NCBI GenBank assembly: GCA_965205505.1
Contig: CBDBHB010000001.1
Location: 1 to 30,406, forward strand
Reading direction: 5' to 3'
DNA: 30,406 nucleotides
From: Acidobacteriota bacterium
Lineage (GTDB): Bacteria; Acidobacteriota; UBA890; WLXD01
Under the pieces are notes generated by a model. That model did no database searches and was not told the origin of the DNA. It saw only the letters and a program-made list of their open reading frames with translations. Positions 1 to 9,149 of the stretch are shown one piece after another (the stretch's first letter is position 1; the number at the start of each line of letters is the position of its first letter). Position numbers and translations under genes: made by a program.

Positions 1-281
1 AAGCAGGCATCGACCAGCCTGCGAAACGTACGCGAAAATGGTCCGGCGGCATTGACCACAACGTCCACGCCGTGGAGGGCCTCGACGATGGCGGCAGGCT
101 TGCCCAGCCGGAATGCGCGCTGCTCCAAGCCCAGCGAGCTCGCCATCGCCTCTAGCTTCCGGGGGTTCCTACCCGCGAGCAGCGGCGACAAGCCGCGCTC
201 CGCCGCCAGACGAGCGATCAAGCGGCCAGTGTATCCGTAGGCTCCGTAGAGCAACCACCGACGGTTCACGCTGCGCCTCAT
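1..281 (-). CDS. Saccharopine dehydrogenase-like NAD(P)-binding oxidoreductase, 5' part (runs off window start)
   Basis: Not in the ORF track. Manual translation from ATG at 281: MRRSVNRRWLLYGAYGYTGRLIARLAAERGLSPLLAGRN...VDVVVNAAGPFSRTFRRLVDAC. GAxGYTG Rossmann motif, AGRN and VVNxAGPF are family hallmarks. Confidence 0.85.
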   Translation of the reverse strand, partial: MRRSVNRRWLLYGAYGYTGRLIARLAAERGLSPLLAGRNPRKLEAMASSLGLEQRAFRLGKPAAIVEALHGVDVVVNAAGPFSRTFRRLVDAC

Positions 282-338
282 GGCTGCGCTCGCCGTTCGG
301 TGCGCGAGCGGCTGTTATCGACGGTCGATCGTCACGCC

Positions 339-1112
339 TCAGTTATCTGTGCCAGGCCGACGTACCGGTACGCTCAGCCGTCGTGCCGTACGACTCTCAA
401 AAAAGAGCGTCATCTCGACCACGTCACCGGCAACCAGCGGCGACCTCAGGCCGCTCAACATGAAATGCAGTCCGCCGGGGACAAGCTCGACGATGCCACC
501 GGCATCGAGCTCCACCCGCTCCAACGGCTCCATGCTGGTCATGCCGTCCTGAGCGCGCGTAGCATGCACTCGCGCGCGCGCACCCTTGGCCTCGACCGCG
601 ACGAGGACATCCGGCTCCGCCGCGTCGTGGACCAACGTCATGTACGCGGAGGTCACATCAGTCTCGGGCGACGTTTCCGCCACCCACGCATCCTCGATCC
701 GGACGCTCTCGGACTCGGGCCGCTGCAGCGAAACGACGAGGCTGGCCAGCTGTCGGAGCTGCTCTGCGGTCAAATGTGAGAACGCCGGCATCGCCGCACC
801 ACCCTCGCTGAATCCCGTCGCGATCGATTGAGTCACGGCGTCCACAGTGATGCCTGCCTTGTAGGCTTCCGGATCGCGGTAATCGCGCGGCGGCGGGTTC
901 ATGTACGCGGCATTGGGACCTCGACCGCTGCCATCCGAGCCGTGGCAGTTGGCACAGCCGTTGTCGTCGTAGAGTCGCCGACCGGCGTCAATATCGGCGA
1001 GCAGCGCGGCGTCCGGGTCGATGCCCGGCCGCTCGGTCGATTCTCCGCAGCCCGTCAGGAGGAGCGACACGGCGAGCCCCAACGTCGTGGTCGTGCGTCG
1101 AGCGTTCGTCAT
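339..1112 (-). CDS. Lipoprotein: class I cytochrome c domain fused to PCu(A)C copper chaperone domain
   Basis: Start ATG 1112 (MTNARR...). Lipobox LLTG-C, heme motif CANCH with distal MPAF Met, and a C-terminal exact H-x10-M-x21-H-x-M PCu(A)C motif (HATRAQDGMTSM...GGLHFM). Confidence 0.85.
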   Translation of the reverse strand: MTNARRTTTTLGLAVSLLLTGCGESTERPGIDPDAALLADIDAGRRLYDDNGCANCHGSDGSGRGPNAAYMNPPPRDYRDPEAYKAGITVDAVTQSIATGFSEGGAAMPAFSHLTAEQLRQLASLVVSLQRPESESVRIEDAWVAETSPETDVTSAYMTLVHDAAEPDVLVAVEAKGARARVHATRAQDGMTSMEPLERVELDAGGIVELVPGGLHFMLSGLRSPLVAGDVVEMTLFFESRTARRLSVPVRRPGTDN

Positions 1113-1125
1113 CTCGCCAATGATG

Positions 1126-1581
1126 TCAGACGGTGGCCCCCGACGCCTGGCCACGCAATCGCTGCACGAGGGCGCGTACCGCGATCGCCAGCGGCAGGGC
1201 CGCGAACGTGAGCACGACCAAGCTTGCGAGAGGCAGGACAATCAGCGTCGTCAGCGCGTTGGCGGGGTAAGACGCCGGGGGGGAACCCTCCATCGACGCC
1301 AACATGCGACCTGTGCCCACCAGGATCCCGGGTACCGCGATCAGCGCCTGGATCGCCAGGTTCTGGACACCTATCGGACCGCTGAGCTCACCGGGGCTCG
1401 CAGGCGCGGAACGGGTCGCCACGAGCATCCAGCCCAACAGCCACAGGCCGATGATGGCAAGCCAGGTCTCGAGCGCGCCCGGCCACCTCCCGGGCGGCAA
1501 CAGGAACCGCAGTACCGCCACCGTTCCGACCACACCGATAAACGTGCGCTCCCTCCGGAACAGCGTACGCATATCAGTCAC
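1126..1581 (-). CDS. Hypothetical integral membrane protein (~150 aa)
   Basis: About 4 hydrophobic segments; AGGAG 7 nt before GTG at 1581 (alternative ATG 1572); ends 13 bp before the cytochrome gene on the same strand. Confidence 0.55.
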   Translation of the reverse strand: MTDMRTLFRRERTFIGVVGTVAVLRFLLPPGRWPGALETWLAIIGLWLLGWMLVATRSAPASPGELSGPIGVQNLAIQALIAVPGILVGTGRMLASMEGSPPASYPANALTTLIVLPLASLVVLTFAALPLAIAVRALVQRLRGQASGATV

Positions 1582-1705
1582 GATCAGGCTCCTGGGGGCC
1601 GTCAGGTTGGTCTTGTGGTTCGTACGCACGCGAGGTCATCCGCTACCGGAAGCAGCGGGAATCCTATCGCGCCCGGGGGAGATCGACATCGACTACGATG
1701 CCAGA

Positions 1706-2742
1706 ATGGACACCTGGGAACGAGTCGGCGGGCTAAGAATCGAGATCGAGGGCTACGAGCTTTCCGGCCACGCCAGCGACTGGCGTCTGACGAGCGTAGT
1801 GCACTTGCGTGGCGGCGGGCACGAGGGCGTCGGGGAGGATCCAAACTACGAGCCCGGCGAGCAGCTGGCGTTCCAGGAAGCCGGGCCGACGCTTCCGCTG
1901 CGCGGGCAACGCACGTTGGGTGAGCTGTCCGATCTACTTGAAACCTTGCCGGTCTTCCCAGCAACGCCCGCCTATCCGGGCACCGAGAATTACCGGCGCT
2001 GGGCGTTCGAGAGCGCCGCGCTCGACCTGGCGCTACGTCAGGCCGATGTCAGCCTGGCGCGATGCCTCGAACTCAGCCCAGGACCGCTGACGTTCGTATC
2101 CTCGTTGCATCTGGACGCGCCCGACAAGATGCTGCGCGTTCGCGAGCTACTCGCCGCTCAACCCGGCCTCGAGCTGAAACGCGACGCCACCGAGGCCTGG
2201 ACCGATGAGCTCATCGACGAGCTAGCGACTACTGCGCGGTGCGCGTGGTCGATTTCAAGGGCGCCTACTATGGAACGCCCGTCGACCAGGCGGCCGATGC
2301 CGCACTTTATCGCCGTGTGCTGGAGGGGCTGCCGGCCAACGTGCTGATCGAGGATCCACACGATGAGCCCGAGATTGACGCGCTGCTCGCGCCACACCGT
2401 GACCGGGTAACCTGGGACGCTCCGATTCACTCAGTCGACGACATTCGATCGCTGCGTCACCAGCCACGCATGATCAACTTCAAGCCCTCGCGCTTCGGAA
2501 CCCTCCAAAGGTTGTTCAACGCCTACGATTTCTGCCGCGACCGCGGCATAGATATCTACGGTGGAGGACAGTTCGAGCTGGGGGTCGGCCGTCAGCAGAT
2601 CCAGTACCTCGCCGCCTTGTTTCATCCGCACGCCCCCAACGACGTTGCGCCGGCCGAATACAACTCCAGCGATACGTTCGGTGACCTACCCGGCAGCCCG
2701 CTGGAGGTTCGTCCGGCGGCCACCGGGTTTCACTTGTGCTGA
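1706..2742 (+). pseudogene. Enolase-superfamily (mandelate racemase/muconate lactonizing-like) protein, split by a frameshift near 2234
   Basis: ORF 1304-2347 from ATG 1706 (GxGED, WAFESAALDLAL) continues in ORF 2239-2742 (VDFKG, IEDP, WDAPIHS, NFKPSRFG, YGGGQFELGVGR). Adding one G at ~2234 gives LATTGAVRVVDFKG and a ~345-aa protein. Confidence 0.75.
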
Positions 2743-2770
2743 GCATCGGAGCACGAAGCCGGAGCCTGAA

Positions 2771-4072
2771 ATGTCGACGCTGACCGAGCTCCCACCACGA
2801 CGACCGCGACCACGTCGCCAGCGGTACCGCCGGCTGCTCATCACGGTAACCGCAGTGGCGACCGCGGCCTGCGGCAACTCGCTGTACATTCGCAGCGGCT
2901 TCGACACTGTCACCGAGCTCGAGAGGCCCAACTGGCGGCTGCTGCTGCTTGGCGACGGCGGCGCAGACAACCTTGCACTAGCCAACGTGATTGCTACAGC
3001 AAGCACCTACGTGGCGGCGGCACCGGAACGCACCACGATCGTCTGGTTAGGCGACAGCGTATACACAAACGGCCTACCAGCCGAGGACGAGACCGACCCC
3101 AAGTCCGCCGCCGAGCGCCGACGAGGCGAGCGCGTCTTGAAGGCACAGATGCAGGTGGCGTCCAACGGCGCGCGTGTCTTTTTTGTCCCCGGGAACCACG
3201 ACTGGGATCATTCGGGCAGGCGCGGCGCGGCGCGGATACGAGCTGCCGATCGCTTCATCGCCGCGGGAGTCACTTCGCTGCAGGTCCCGAGCGACGGATG
3301 TCCAGGGCCAGTCTGGGTGGACCTGACGATCCAGAGTGGCTCGCGGATCCCTGGAGTGCGCCTGGTGTTTCTCGACACCGAATGGTTGCTGACCACCAAA
3401 CATGCGAAGGGCTGGGAGGGATGCTCTTGGGGTCCGCTCGACGCTGGCACGGCGTATGAAGGCAGCGTCGCCGAACCTGGCCAGGCGTACGAGCGGCTGG
3501 TCACCGGGCTACAGGAAGCAGCCGAGCACGATCTGCTGACTATTGTCGCCGGCCACCATCCGATCTACACGGCCGGGTCACATGGTGGCTTCTTCCCCGT
3601 CGACGAATGGATATTCTCGACGCGCATGCTGAAGAAGTGGGCATGGATTCCTATCCCGGTGCTAGGCGTCGCGCTGCGCAAGATCGGCGGGGCGAGCAGC
3701 GGTCAAGACCTCTCGGGCGGCGCCAACAAGGCGATGGTGGACAGCCTGCAGGCGGTGTTCGCCGAATTTCCACCGCTCCTATATGCAGCGGGTCACGAAC
3801 ACGATCTGCAGGTGTTTACCGACAAAGGCGATCGGCCAACGACCTATGTGGTCAGCGGCAGCGCTTCCAAGTCGAACCCCACGGCGCGGCGCGACAACAC
3901 ACTCTTCAAGAGCCGCGACCACGGTTTCATGGTGGTGGATGGTATTGGCGCCGGCATCGGACCGGGCCGGGCGCGGCTACGCGTCGTAACAGTGGATCGG
4001 GAGACCGGCCGTTCGGGAATTCCCTTCTGCGCCGAGCTCGAGCACGGCCGCCCCGCGGTGACCTGCGACTAG
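2771..4072 (+). CDS. Calcineurin-like metallophosphoesterase, probable lipoprotein
   Basis: GGAG RBS before ATG 2771; basic N-terminus, hydrophobic stretch and TAA-C lipobox; metal motifs GDGG, GDSVY, PGNHDW, GHHP, AGHEH. Confidence 0.85.
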   Translation: MSTLTELPPRRPRPRRQRYRRLLITVTAVATAACGNSLYIRSGFDTVTELERPNWRLLLLGDGGADNLALANVIATASTYVAAAPERTTIVWLGDSVYTNGLPAEDETDPKSAAERRRGERVLKAQMQVASNGARVFFVPGNHDWDHSGRRGAARIRAADRFIAAGVTSLQVPSDGCPGPVWVDLTIQSGSRIPGVRLVFLDTEWLLTTKHAKGWEGCSWGPLDAGTAYEGSVAEPGQAYERLVTGLQEAAEHDLLTIVAGHHPIYTAGSHGGFFPVDEWIFSTRMLKKWAWIPIPVLGVALRKIGGASSGQDLSGGANKAMVDSLQAVFAEFPPLLYAAGHEHDLQVFTDKGDRPTTYVVSGSASKSNPTARRDNTLFKSRDHGFMVVDGIGAGIGPGRARLRVVTVDRETGRSGIPFCAELEHGRPAVTCD

Positions 4073-4343
4073 TGCTCCTGATCATAAGTACGGTGACGTT
4101 TGTGGCGCGCGCGACCGGGGCGAATTGTAGGAGCGGCGACGAGGGCGATGCTGGGTGTATCGTCGAGGCGCCGCGACGCCGAAGGTGGCCGGTCCCGCGG
4201 CCACCCGGAGGGCAGGAGCGATAGGCGGGCGATCTCGGCGTCAGGGCTCCTCGAGGATGGCTAAGGCATCGCCTTCCTCACCCTTCCTTGATCTCGCCCG
4301 CATCTCGCTCCTGCAAACGTCACCGTACTTATGATCAGGAGCA
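4073..4343. mobile_element. MITE-like element, type A (271 bp)
   Basis: Perfect 30-bp terminal inverted repeats TGCTCCTGATCATAAGTACGGTGACGTTTG (4073-4102 / 4314-4343), flanked by CTAG (4069-4072, 4344-4347); no transposase ORF. Confidence 0.85.
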
Positions 4344-4355
4344 CTAGTGCACTAG

Positions 4356-4733
4356 CTATCGCGAGGCGTAGACCAGGAACGAGCCTGCCAACATCGCCAG
4401 CGACCCGTAGAGGCGCATTGCCAGATTCCCTTGCCGCTGACCCGACTGCGCCAGCGACGCGAGCCTCGACGCGTCGAGCAACACCCAGCCGGAACCGATG
4501 GCAACGCCGGCACCGAGCACCCGCGCCAACGTGGGCAAGCGGGTGCCGCTCGCGGCAACCAACAAGACGATCCCTGCCACGAGCTTCGTTACAACCACGG
4601 TGCGCAGCCAACCAGCTTCCTCGATCTGATGGATCGCCCCGGTCACAAGCTGCGGCGAGCGCATCGCCAGGATGCCGATCATGGCGATGATGATCCCCGT
4701 GAACTGTACGAGGACGTTCAGAAACGGCGTCAT
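4356..4733 (-). CDS. Small hypothetical membrane protein (125 aa)
   Basis: About 4 hydrophobic helices; its ATG overlaps the stop of the M24 peptidase (ATGA coupling). Confidence 0.7.
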   Translation of the reverse strand: MTPFLNVLVQFTGIIIAMIGILAMRSPQLVTGAIHQIEEAGWLRTVVVTKLVAGIVLLVAASGTRLPTLARVLGAGVAIGSGWVLLDASRLASLAQSGQRQGNLAMRLYGSLAMLAGSFLVYASR

Positions 4734-5833
4734 GTACCGATGATCCGAAGCTCATGTGGGAATGAGGTCAGGCTCACGGGCCCGTCGTCGGTGACCCAGA
4801 TATCGTCCTCGATGCGAACTCCTCCCCAGCCTTCCATGTACAGACCGGGCTCGACAGTGATCACGGTTCCGGCTCCGAGCGGATCGTGGTTGCCTTCCAT
4901 CACCGACGGAGGCTCATGAATGTCAACGCCCAAGCCGTGGCCGGTACGGTGTTTGAAGTAGTCGTCGAATTCAGGTGCTTGCAGGGGACCGGCCGCCGCC
5001 ATGTGGACATCGTGCGCGGTGGCTCCGGCGGTGGCACGCGCGCACCCCGCAGCGTTGCCGGCGCGCACGGCCGCGTAGACGGCGAGCTGACGATCATCCG
5101 GTTCAGCGCCCACAACGAAAGTTCGCGTGATGTCGCTGTGGTAGCCGTCATGGCTCGTACCGAAATCGATCAGCAGGAAGTCCCCCGCCTCCAATGGCCG
5201 CTCATCGGGTACGCCGTGCGGCAGCGCGCTCTTGGGACCACCCAGCACAATCGGGCCGAACGAGATGCCCTCGCCGCCCTTCCCGAGCATTCGACCGATG
5301 AGCTCGGCAGCCACCTGTTTTTCGGTCATGCCGACGCGTACTTCGTGAACCGTTTCCTCCAGCGCAGCCTCGCAGATCTCCGCGGCGGTGCGAATGCTCG
5401 CCGCCTCGTGCTCGTCCTTGAACTGCCGCAGCGAGCTGATGGCCGCGTCGGCTGAGACCAGCTCTATCGTCGGCAGGTGCTGCTGCAGCACCGTCACCTC
5501 CATGTAGCGCAAGCCGAGAGGCTCGATGGCCACTGTTCTGGCGTCCGAGAAATGTACACAGGCCGCCGCGGCGGCCTCCTGCGGCCCATCCTTGTCGTCC
5601 CACAGCCACACCTGGCTCACACCCGGCACGGAGCTGACCCAGTTGTTCTCCTCGAGCAACGGCACGACGGCGCCGGGCTCGCCGTCGGCGGGCACGAAGA
5701 GCAGGAACAGTCGCTCGTATGAGTCGAACGAATGACCGGTGAAGTAGGTCATGCTCGGCCCGGGATTAAGCACCAACAGATCGGCACCGGCGGCACCAAT
5801 CGCCTGCTGCAGGGCGCCTATGCGATCGCTCAT
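4730..5833 (-). CDS. Xaa-Pro peptidase, M24 family
   Basis: GAGGAG RBS before ATG 5833; creatinase-like N domain; motifs PHG, IDFG, YHSDITRT, HRTGHGLGVDIHE, TVEPGLY, GGVRIEDD. Confidence 0.93.
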   Translation of the reverse strand: MSDRIGALQQAIGAAGADLLVLNPGPSMTYFTGHSFDSYERLFLLFVPADGEPGAVVPLLEENNWVSSVPGVSQVWLWDDKDGPQEAAAAACVHFSDARTVAIEPLGLRYMEVTVLQQHLPTIELVSADAAISSLRQFKDEHEAASIRTAAEICEAALEETVHEVRVGMTEKQVAAELIGRMLGKGGEGISFGPIVLGGPKSALPHGVPDERPLEAGDFLLIDFGTSHDGYHSDITRTFVVGAEPDDRQLAVYAAVRAGNAAGCARATAGATAHDVHMAAAGPLQAPEFDDYFKHRTGHGLGVDIHEPPSVMEGNHDPLGAGTVITVEPGLYMEGWGGVRIEDDIWVTDDGPVSLTSFPHELRIIGT

Positions 5834-5946
5834 GTCTCTCCTCGATCGGTTCGCCAAACCTGGCGACGGGCCGGTGCGCGCGATCATATCGCACCGCGTA
5901 TCCACTAGGATGGGCTTCCCGGCACCGCAAAGCTCAGGAGTGTTCG

Positions 5947-6930
5947 ATGCCCACTCGCGCCGCCCTCGCACCGTTGCTCGCCGCTCTTTTGTTGACTGCC
6001 CTGCCATCCGGCGCCTCGCAAGATGGCGCAGGCGGGAGCACCATTGATGTGTCCGCGCTCGTGGCGCCCACGGAGGCACGCAAGAAGGTCTTGCTGATCG
6101 GCATCGATGGAATCCGCGTCGATATCCTGGAGCAGGCAGATACACCCAACCTCGATGCGTTGATCACCACGGGGGCCTTCTCTGCCGATGCTCGCACCAG
6201 GCCAATTACCGTCAGCGGCCCCGGCTGGTCGAGCATGTTGACCGGCGTGTGGATGGAGAAACACGGCGTCGAGAGCAACGACTTCACCGGCAACCACTAC
6301 GCGGAGTATCCCGACTTCCTGACTCGCATCGAGCAGGTACGTCCGGAGCTCAACACCTACGCGGTGATCCACTGGCCAGCAATGGGAACGACGGCCGACG
6401 GGGGCCCGATGATCAGTCGGATCGTAGACGTGCTGGTGAACATCAACGGTGACGCTATCGGCTATGCGACCGCCGACGCCGAGGTTGTGTCAATCGCCAC
6501 CCATTACCTGCGCGTCGGTGATCCGGATGCCACCTTCGTGTACATGACCAATACCGACAGTGTGGCGCACGAGACGAGCTCGTTGTCTCCGGAGTACCGT
6601 GCCGCCATCGAGCTAGCCGATCAGCGAGTGGGCGAGCTAGTGGCTGCGGTGCAGGCACGCCCCACCTACGCTCAGGAGGACTGGCTGATCCTCTCGAGCA
6701 CCGATCACGGACGCACTGACGAGGGCGACCACGGCGACAACTCGATCGAAGAGCGGACCATCTACTACCTGGTCAGCGGTCCGTCGGCCGATCCGGCAGC
6801 GCTGACCGCCACACCCCATATCGTCGATATCGTACCCACCGCGCTGGCACACCTGGGCATCGAGGTCGATCCCGGGTGGGATCTAGACGGGCAGGTCAAC
6901 GGCCTCACGCCGACTTCCGGCGCGCGCTAG
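5947..6930 (+). CDS. Secreted alkaline phosphatase-superfamily protein (nucleotide pyrophosphatase/phosphodiesterase type)
   Basis: AGGAG RBS; signal peptide; LIGIDGIR, TVSGPGWSSMLTGVW, DSVAH, STDHG, DIVPTAL motifs. Confidence 0.88.
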   Translation: MPTRAALAPLLAALLLTALPSGASQDGAGGSTIDVSALVAPTEARKKVLLIGIDGIRVDILEQADTPNLDALITTGAFSADARTRPITVSGPGWSSMLTGVWMEKHGVESNDFTGNHYAEYPDFLTRIEQVRPELNTYAVIHWPAMGTTADGGPMISRIVDVLVNINGDAIGYATADAEVVSIATHYLRVGDPDATFVYMTNTDSVAHETSSLSPEYRAAIELADQRVGELVAAVQARPTYAQEDWLILSSTDHGRTDEGDHGDNSIEERTIYYLVSGPSADPAALTATPHIVDIVPTALAHLGIEVDPGWDLDGQVNGLTPTSGAR

Positions 6931-8627
6931 ATCGCCTTGATCGTCGGGTAGACAGGATCCCAGATCCACGACTCCACCGCGGCTGAGATTCCCCCTTCAG
7001 GATCGTCGGCAGCCCCGTCATCGACCGCCGCTTGTGCCACCGCCTTGGCGATCTCGCAGGTGACCTGCCGTAGCTGGGGCACCGGCGGGTACAGGGCCCC
7101 CGCCGCGAGGTCGGCGGCGGTCACCTGTGCCGCCAGCGAAGTGGCGGCGGCGGTGAACATGGAATCGGTGATCTTGCGCGCGCCGACGGCCAGCGCCCCC
7201 AGGCCGACTCCCGGGAAGATGTAGACGTTATTCCCCTGCGACACTTTGGCGAGACGATCCTCGAGCTGAACGGGCGGAAACGGACTGCCGGTTGCCACCA
7301 GCGCCCGACCTTCGGTCCAGCCGAAGATGTCCTCGGGAGTCGCCTCGCTCTTGCTCGTGGGATTCGAGAACGGAAAGATCGCCGGACGCTCGACGTTGGC
7401 GGCCATCTTGCGAACGATCGGCTTGGTAAACGCGCCGGGTTGACCTGTCGTGCCGATCAACACCGTCGGCTTATAGAGCTCGACAACCCGCTCCAGGCCT
7501 GGCGGCGAATCGCCGGCCAACCCGGTCTTGGCGATTATGTGCGCCGGCCACGCGAACGCTCGCTTGTGCTCATCGAGCCCTTGGCGCGAATCAGCCAACA
7601 GACCGCCGCTATCGAGCATCGCGACGCTGCTGAGCAGCTCGTCACCCTCGAGGCCAGCGTCCGCAAACGCGTCGCGCAGCAGGCCCGCGATCCCGGCGCC
7701 GGCGGCGCCGGCACCCAGAATCGCCACGCGTTGCTCCCGCATCGGTGTACCTGTGGCGCGACCTGCCGCCAAAATGCCGGCGAGCGCGATCGCCGCGGTT
7801 CCCTGGATGTCGTCGTTGAACGACGGCAACACCTCGCGGTAGCGGTGCAATAGGTCGAACGCGTTGGCTTTCTTGAAGTCCTCCCACTGTAGGATGGCGT
7901 TCGGGTAGCACTCGCGAACCGCCAGCACGAACTCGTCGACGAGCTCATCGTACAGCTGGCCGCGCAACCGTGAGTGGCGCCAGCCGACGTACTTGGGATC
8001 GTCGAGCAGCGCCGCGTTGTCGGTGCCTACGTCGAGGCTCACAGGCAACGTCAGCGTGGGGTGCAGCCCTGCCGCGGCGGTGTAGAGCGCCAGCTTGCCG
8101 GTCGGTATGCCCATGCCGCCGGCGCCGAGGTCGCCAAGTCCCAGAATCCGCTCGTTGTCGGTCACCACGATCAGCCGGATATCGGCCTTGATCTGACGAA
8201 GCACCTCGACGATGCGGCCACGGTGCTCTGGGGTAATCCAACGCCCACGACCGCGCCGGAAGATGTGGCTGAAGTTGCTGCAGGCCAAACCGACCGTCGG
8301 CGTGTAGACGATCGGCATCAGCTCGTCGAGACGATCAACCAGGAGCCTGTAGAACAGGGTCTCGTTCCGATCCTGAAGGTCGGCGAGCTCGATGTACTTG
8401 CCGAGCGGATGCTCGGTGTGCTTGAGCGACTCGACCTCGCGCGCCAGCTGCTGTTCGATGTTGACCAGCCCGGGTGGGAGCAGACCTTCGAGGCGCAGCT
8501 CAGCCCGTTCGCGCGGCGTGAATGCCGAGCCTTTGTTGATCAGCGGATCGCGGAGCACATCGCGGCCGCGCTTGACCACGTCCGCGGTGATGGTGTTGTC
8601 GGGATTCCTTACGAAACGTGAGTGCAC
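6927..8627 (-). CDS. maeA: NAD-dependent malic enzyme
   Basis: NKGSAF, GLLPP, MPIVYTPTVG, VVTDNERILGLGDLG, QWEDF, FNDDIQGT, GAGAAG, SNPTSKSE, QGNNVYIFPG. Likely GTG start 8627 after AGAGGG (ORF open to 8645). Confidence 0.95.
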   Translation of the reverse strand: MHSRFVRNPDNTITADVVKRGRDVLRDPLINKGSAFTPRERAELRLEGLLPPGLVNIEQQLAREVESLKHTEHPLGKYIELADLQDRNETLFYRLLVDRLDELMPIVYTPTVGLACSNFSHIFRRGRGRWITPEHRGRIVEVLRQIKADIRLIVVTDNERILGLGDLGAGGMGIPTGKLALYTAAAGLHPTLTLPVSLDVGTDNAALLDDPKYVGWRHSRLRGQLYDELVDEFVLAVRECYPNAILQWEDFKKANAFDLLHRYREVLPSFNDDIQGTAAIALAGILAAGRATGTPMREQRVAILGAGAAGAGIAGLLRDAFADAGLEGDELLSSVAMLDSGGLLADSRQGLDEHKRAFAWPAHIIAKTGLAGDSPPGLERVVELYKPTVLIGTTGQPGAFTKPIVRKMAANVERPAIFPFSNPTSKSEATPEDIFGWTEGRALVATGSPFPPVQLEDRLAKVSQGNNVYIFPGVGLGALAVGARKITDSMFTAAATSLAAQVTAADLAAGALYPPVPQLRQVTCEIAKAVAQAAVDDGAADDPEGGISAAVESWIWDPVYPTIKAI

Positions 8628-9037
8628 AAGCCCTCTGATCACCACAGCGTCGTGACGCTGTCAGTCCGTATTGGAAGTGCAGTTGTCGCGCGCCGGGCGA
8701 AACCGGCCTGGTACTGTGCGGGGTCGATAGCGTCCCGTGTCGCCGAGCCACGCATCGGCGACCGCCCATCCTAACCGAAGCCGTGCGCGCCGCGCTGATG
8801 CGTACGATTCTGTTTGTTCAGACCTCGACCGCACACGGAGCTCCGTACATGCAGTATGCAGCACCACACATGCTTCAACCCACGTGAATTCGCGCCGCAG
8901 CAGCCGGCCACCACTGAGCCCAGCACACACCAGGCGCCGCCTCCAAGCGGGACCCGACGGCTGGCGCGCACCGAGACCGAACCCCGTGCCACTGTGACCG
9001 GTAGATCGGCGGCGACCGCGACTGCTGTCGGTCGATT

Positions 9038-9046
9038 TGATAGGAT
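9038..9046 (+). promoter_or_regulatory. Possible extended -10 promoter element
   Basis: TGaTAGGAT about 100 nt upstream of the ATG at 9150; consensus match only. Confidence 0.25.
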
Positions 9047-9149
9047 TGTCTCGGAGTTTCACGACCATACGCCGTTGGTTGAGCCTGCGCAGTGGCGCCT
9101 GAGTCTCGCCGATGTGAGTACTTCCGCCCCTCGCTCAGGAGTCCCTTCC

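Noticed and set aside
8814-9149. N-terminal extensions given by the ORF track (also 2561, 6145, 13687, 24806, 25444, 25899)
   Set aside because: Downstream starts have RBS and/or signal peptides and match family N-termini; the extensions are low-complexity or overlap other genes.
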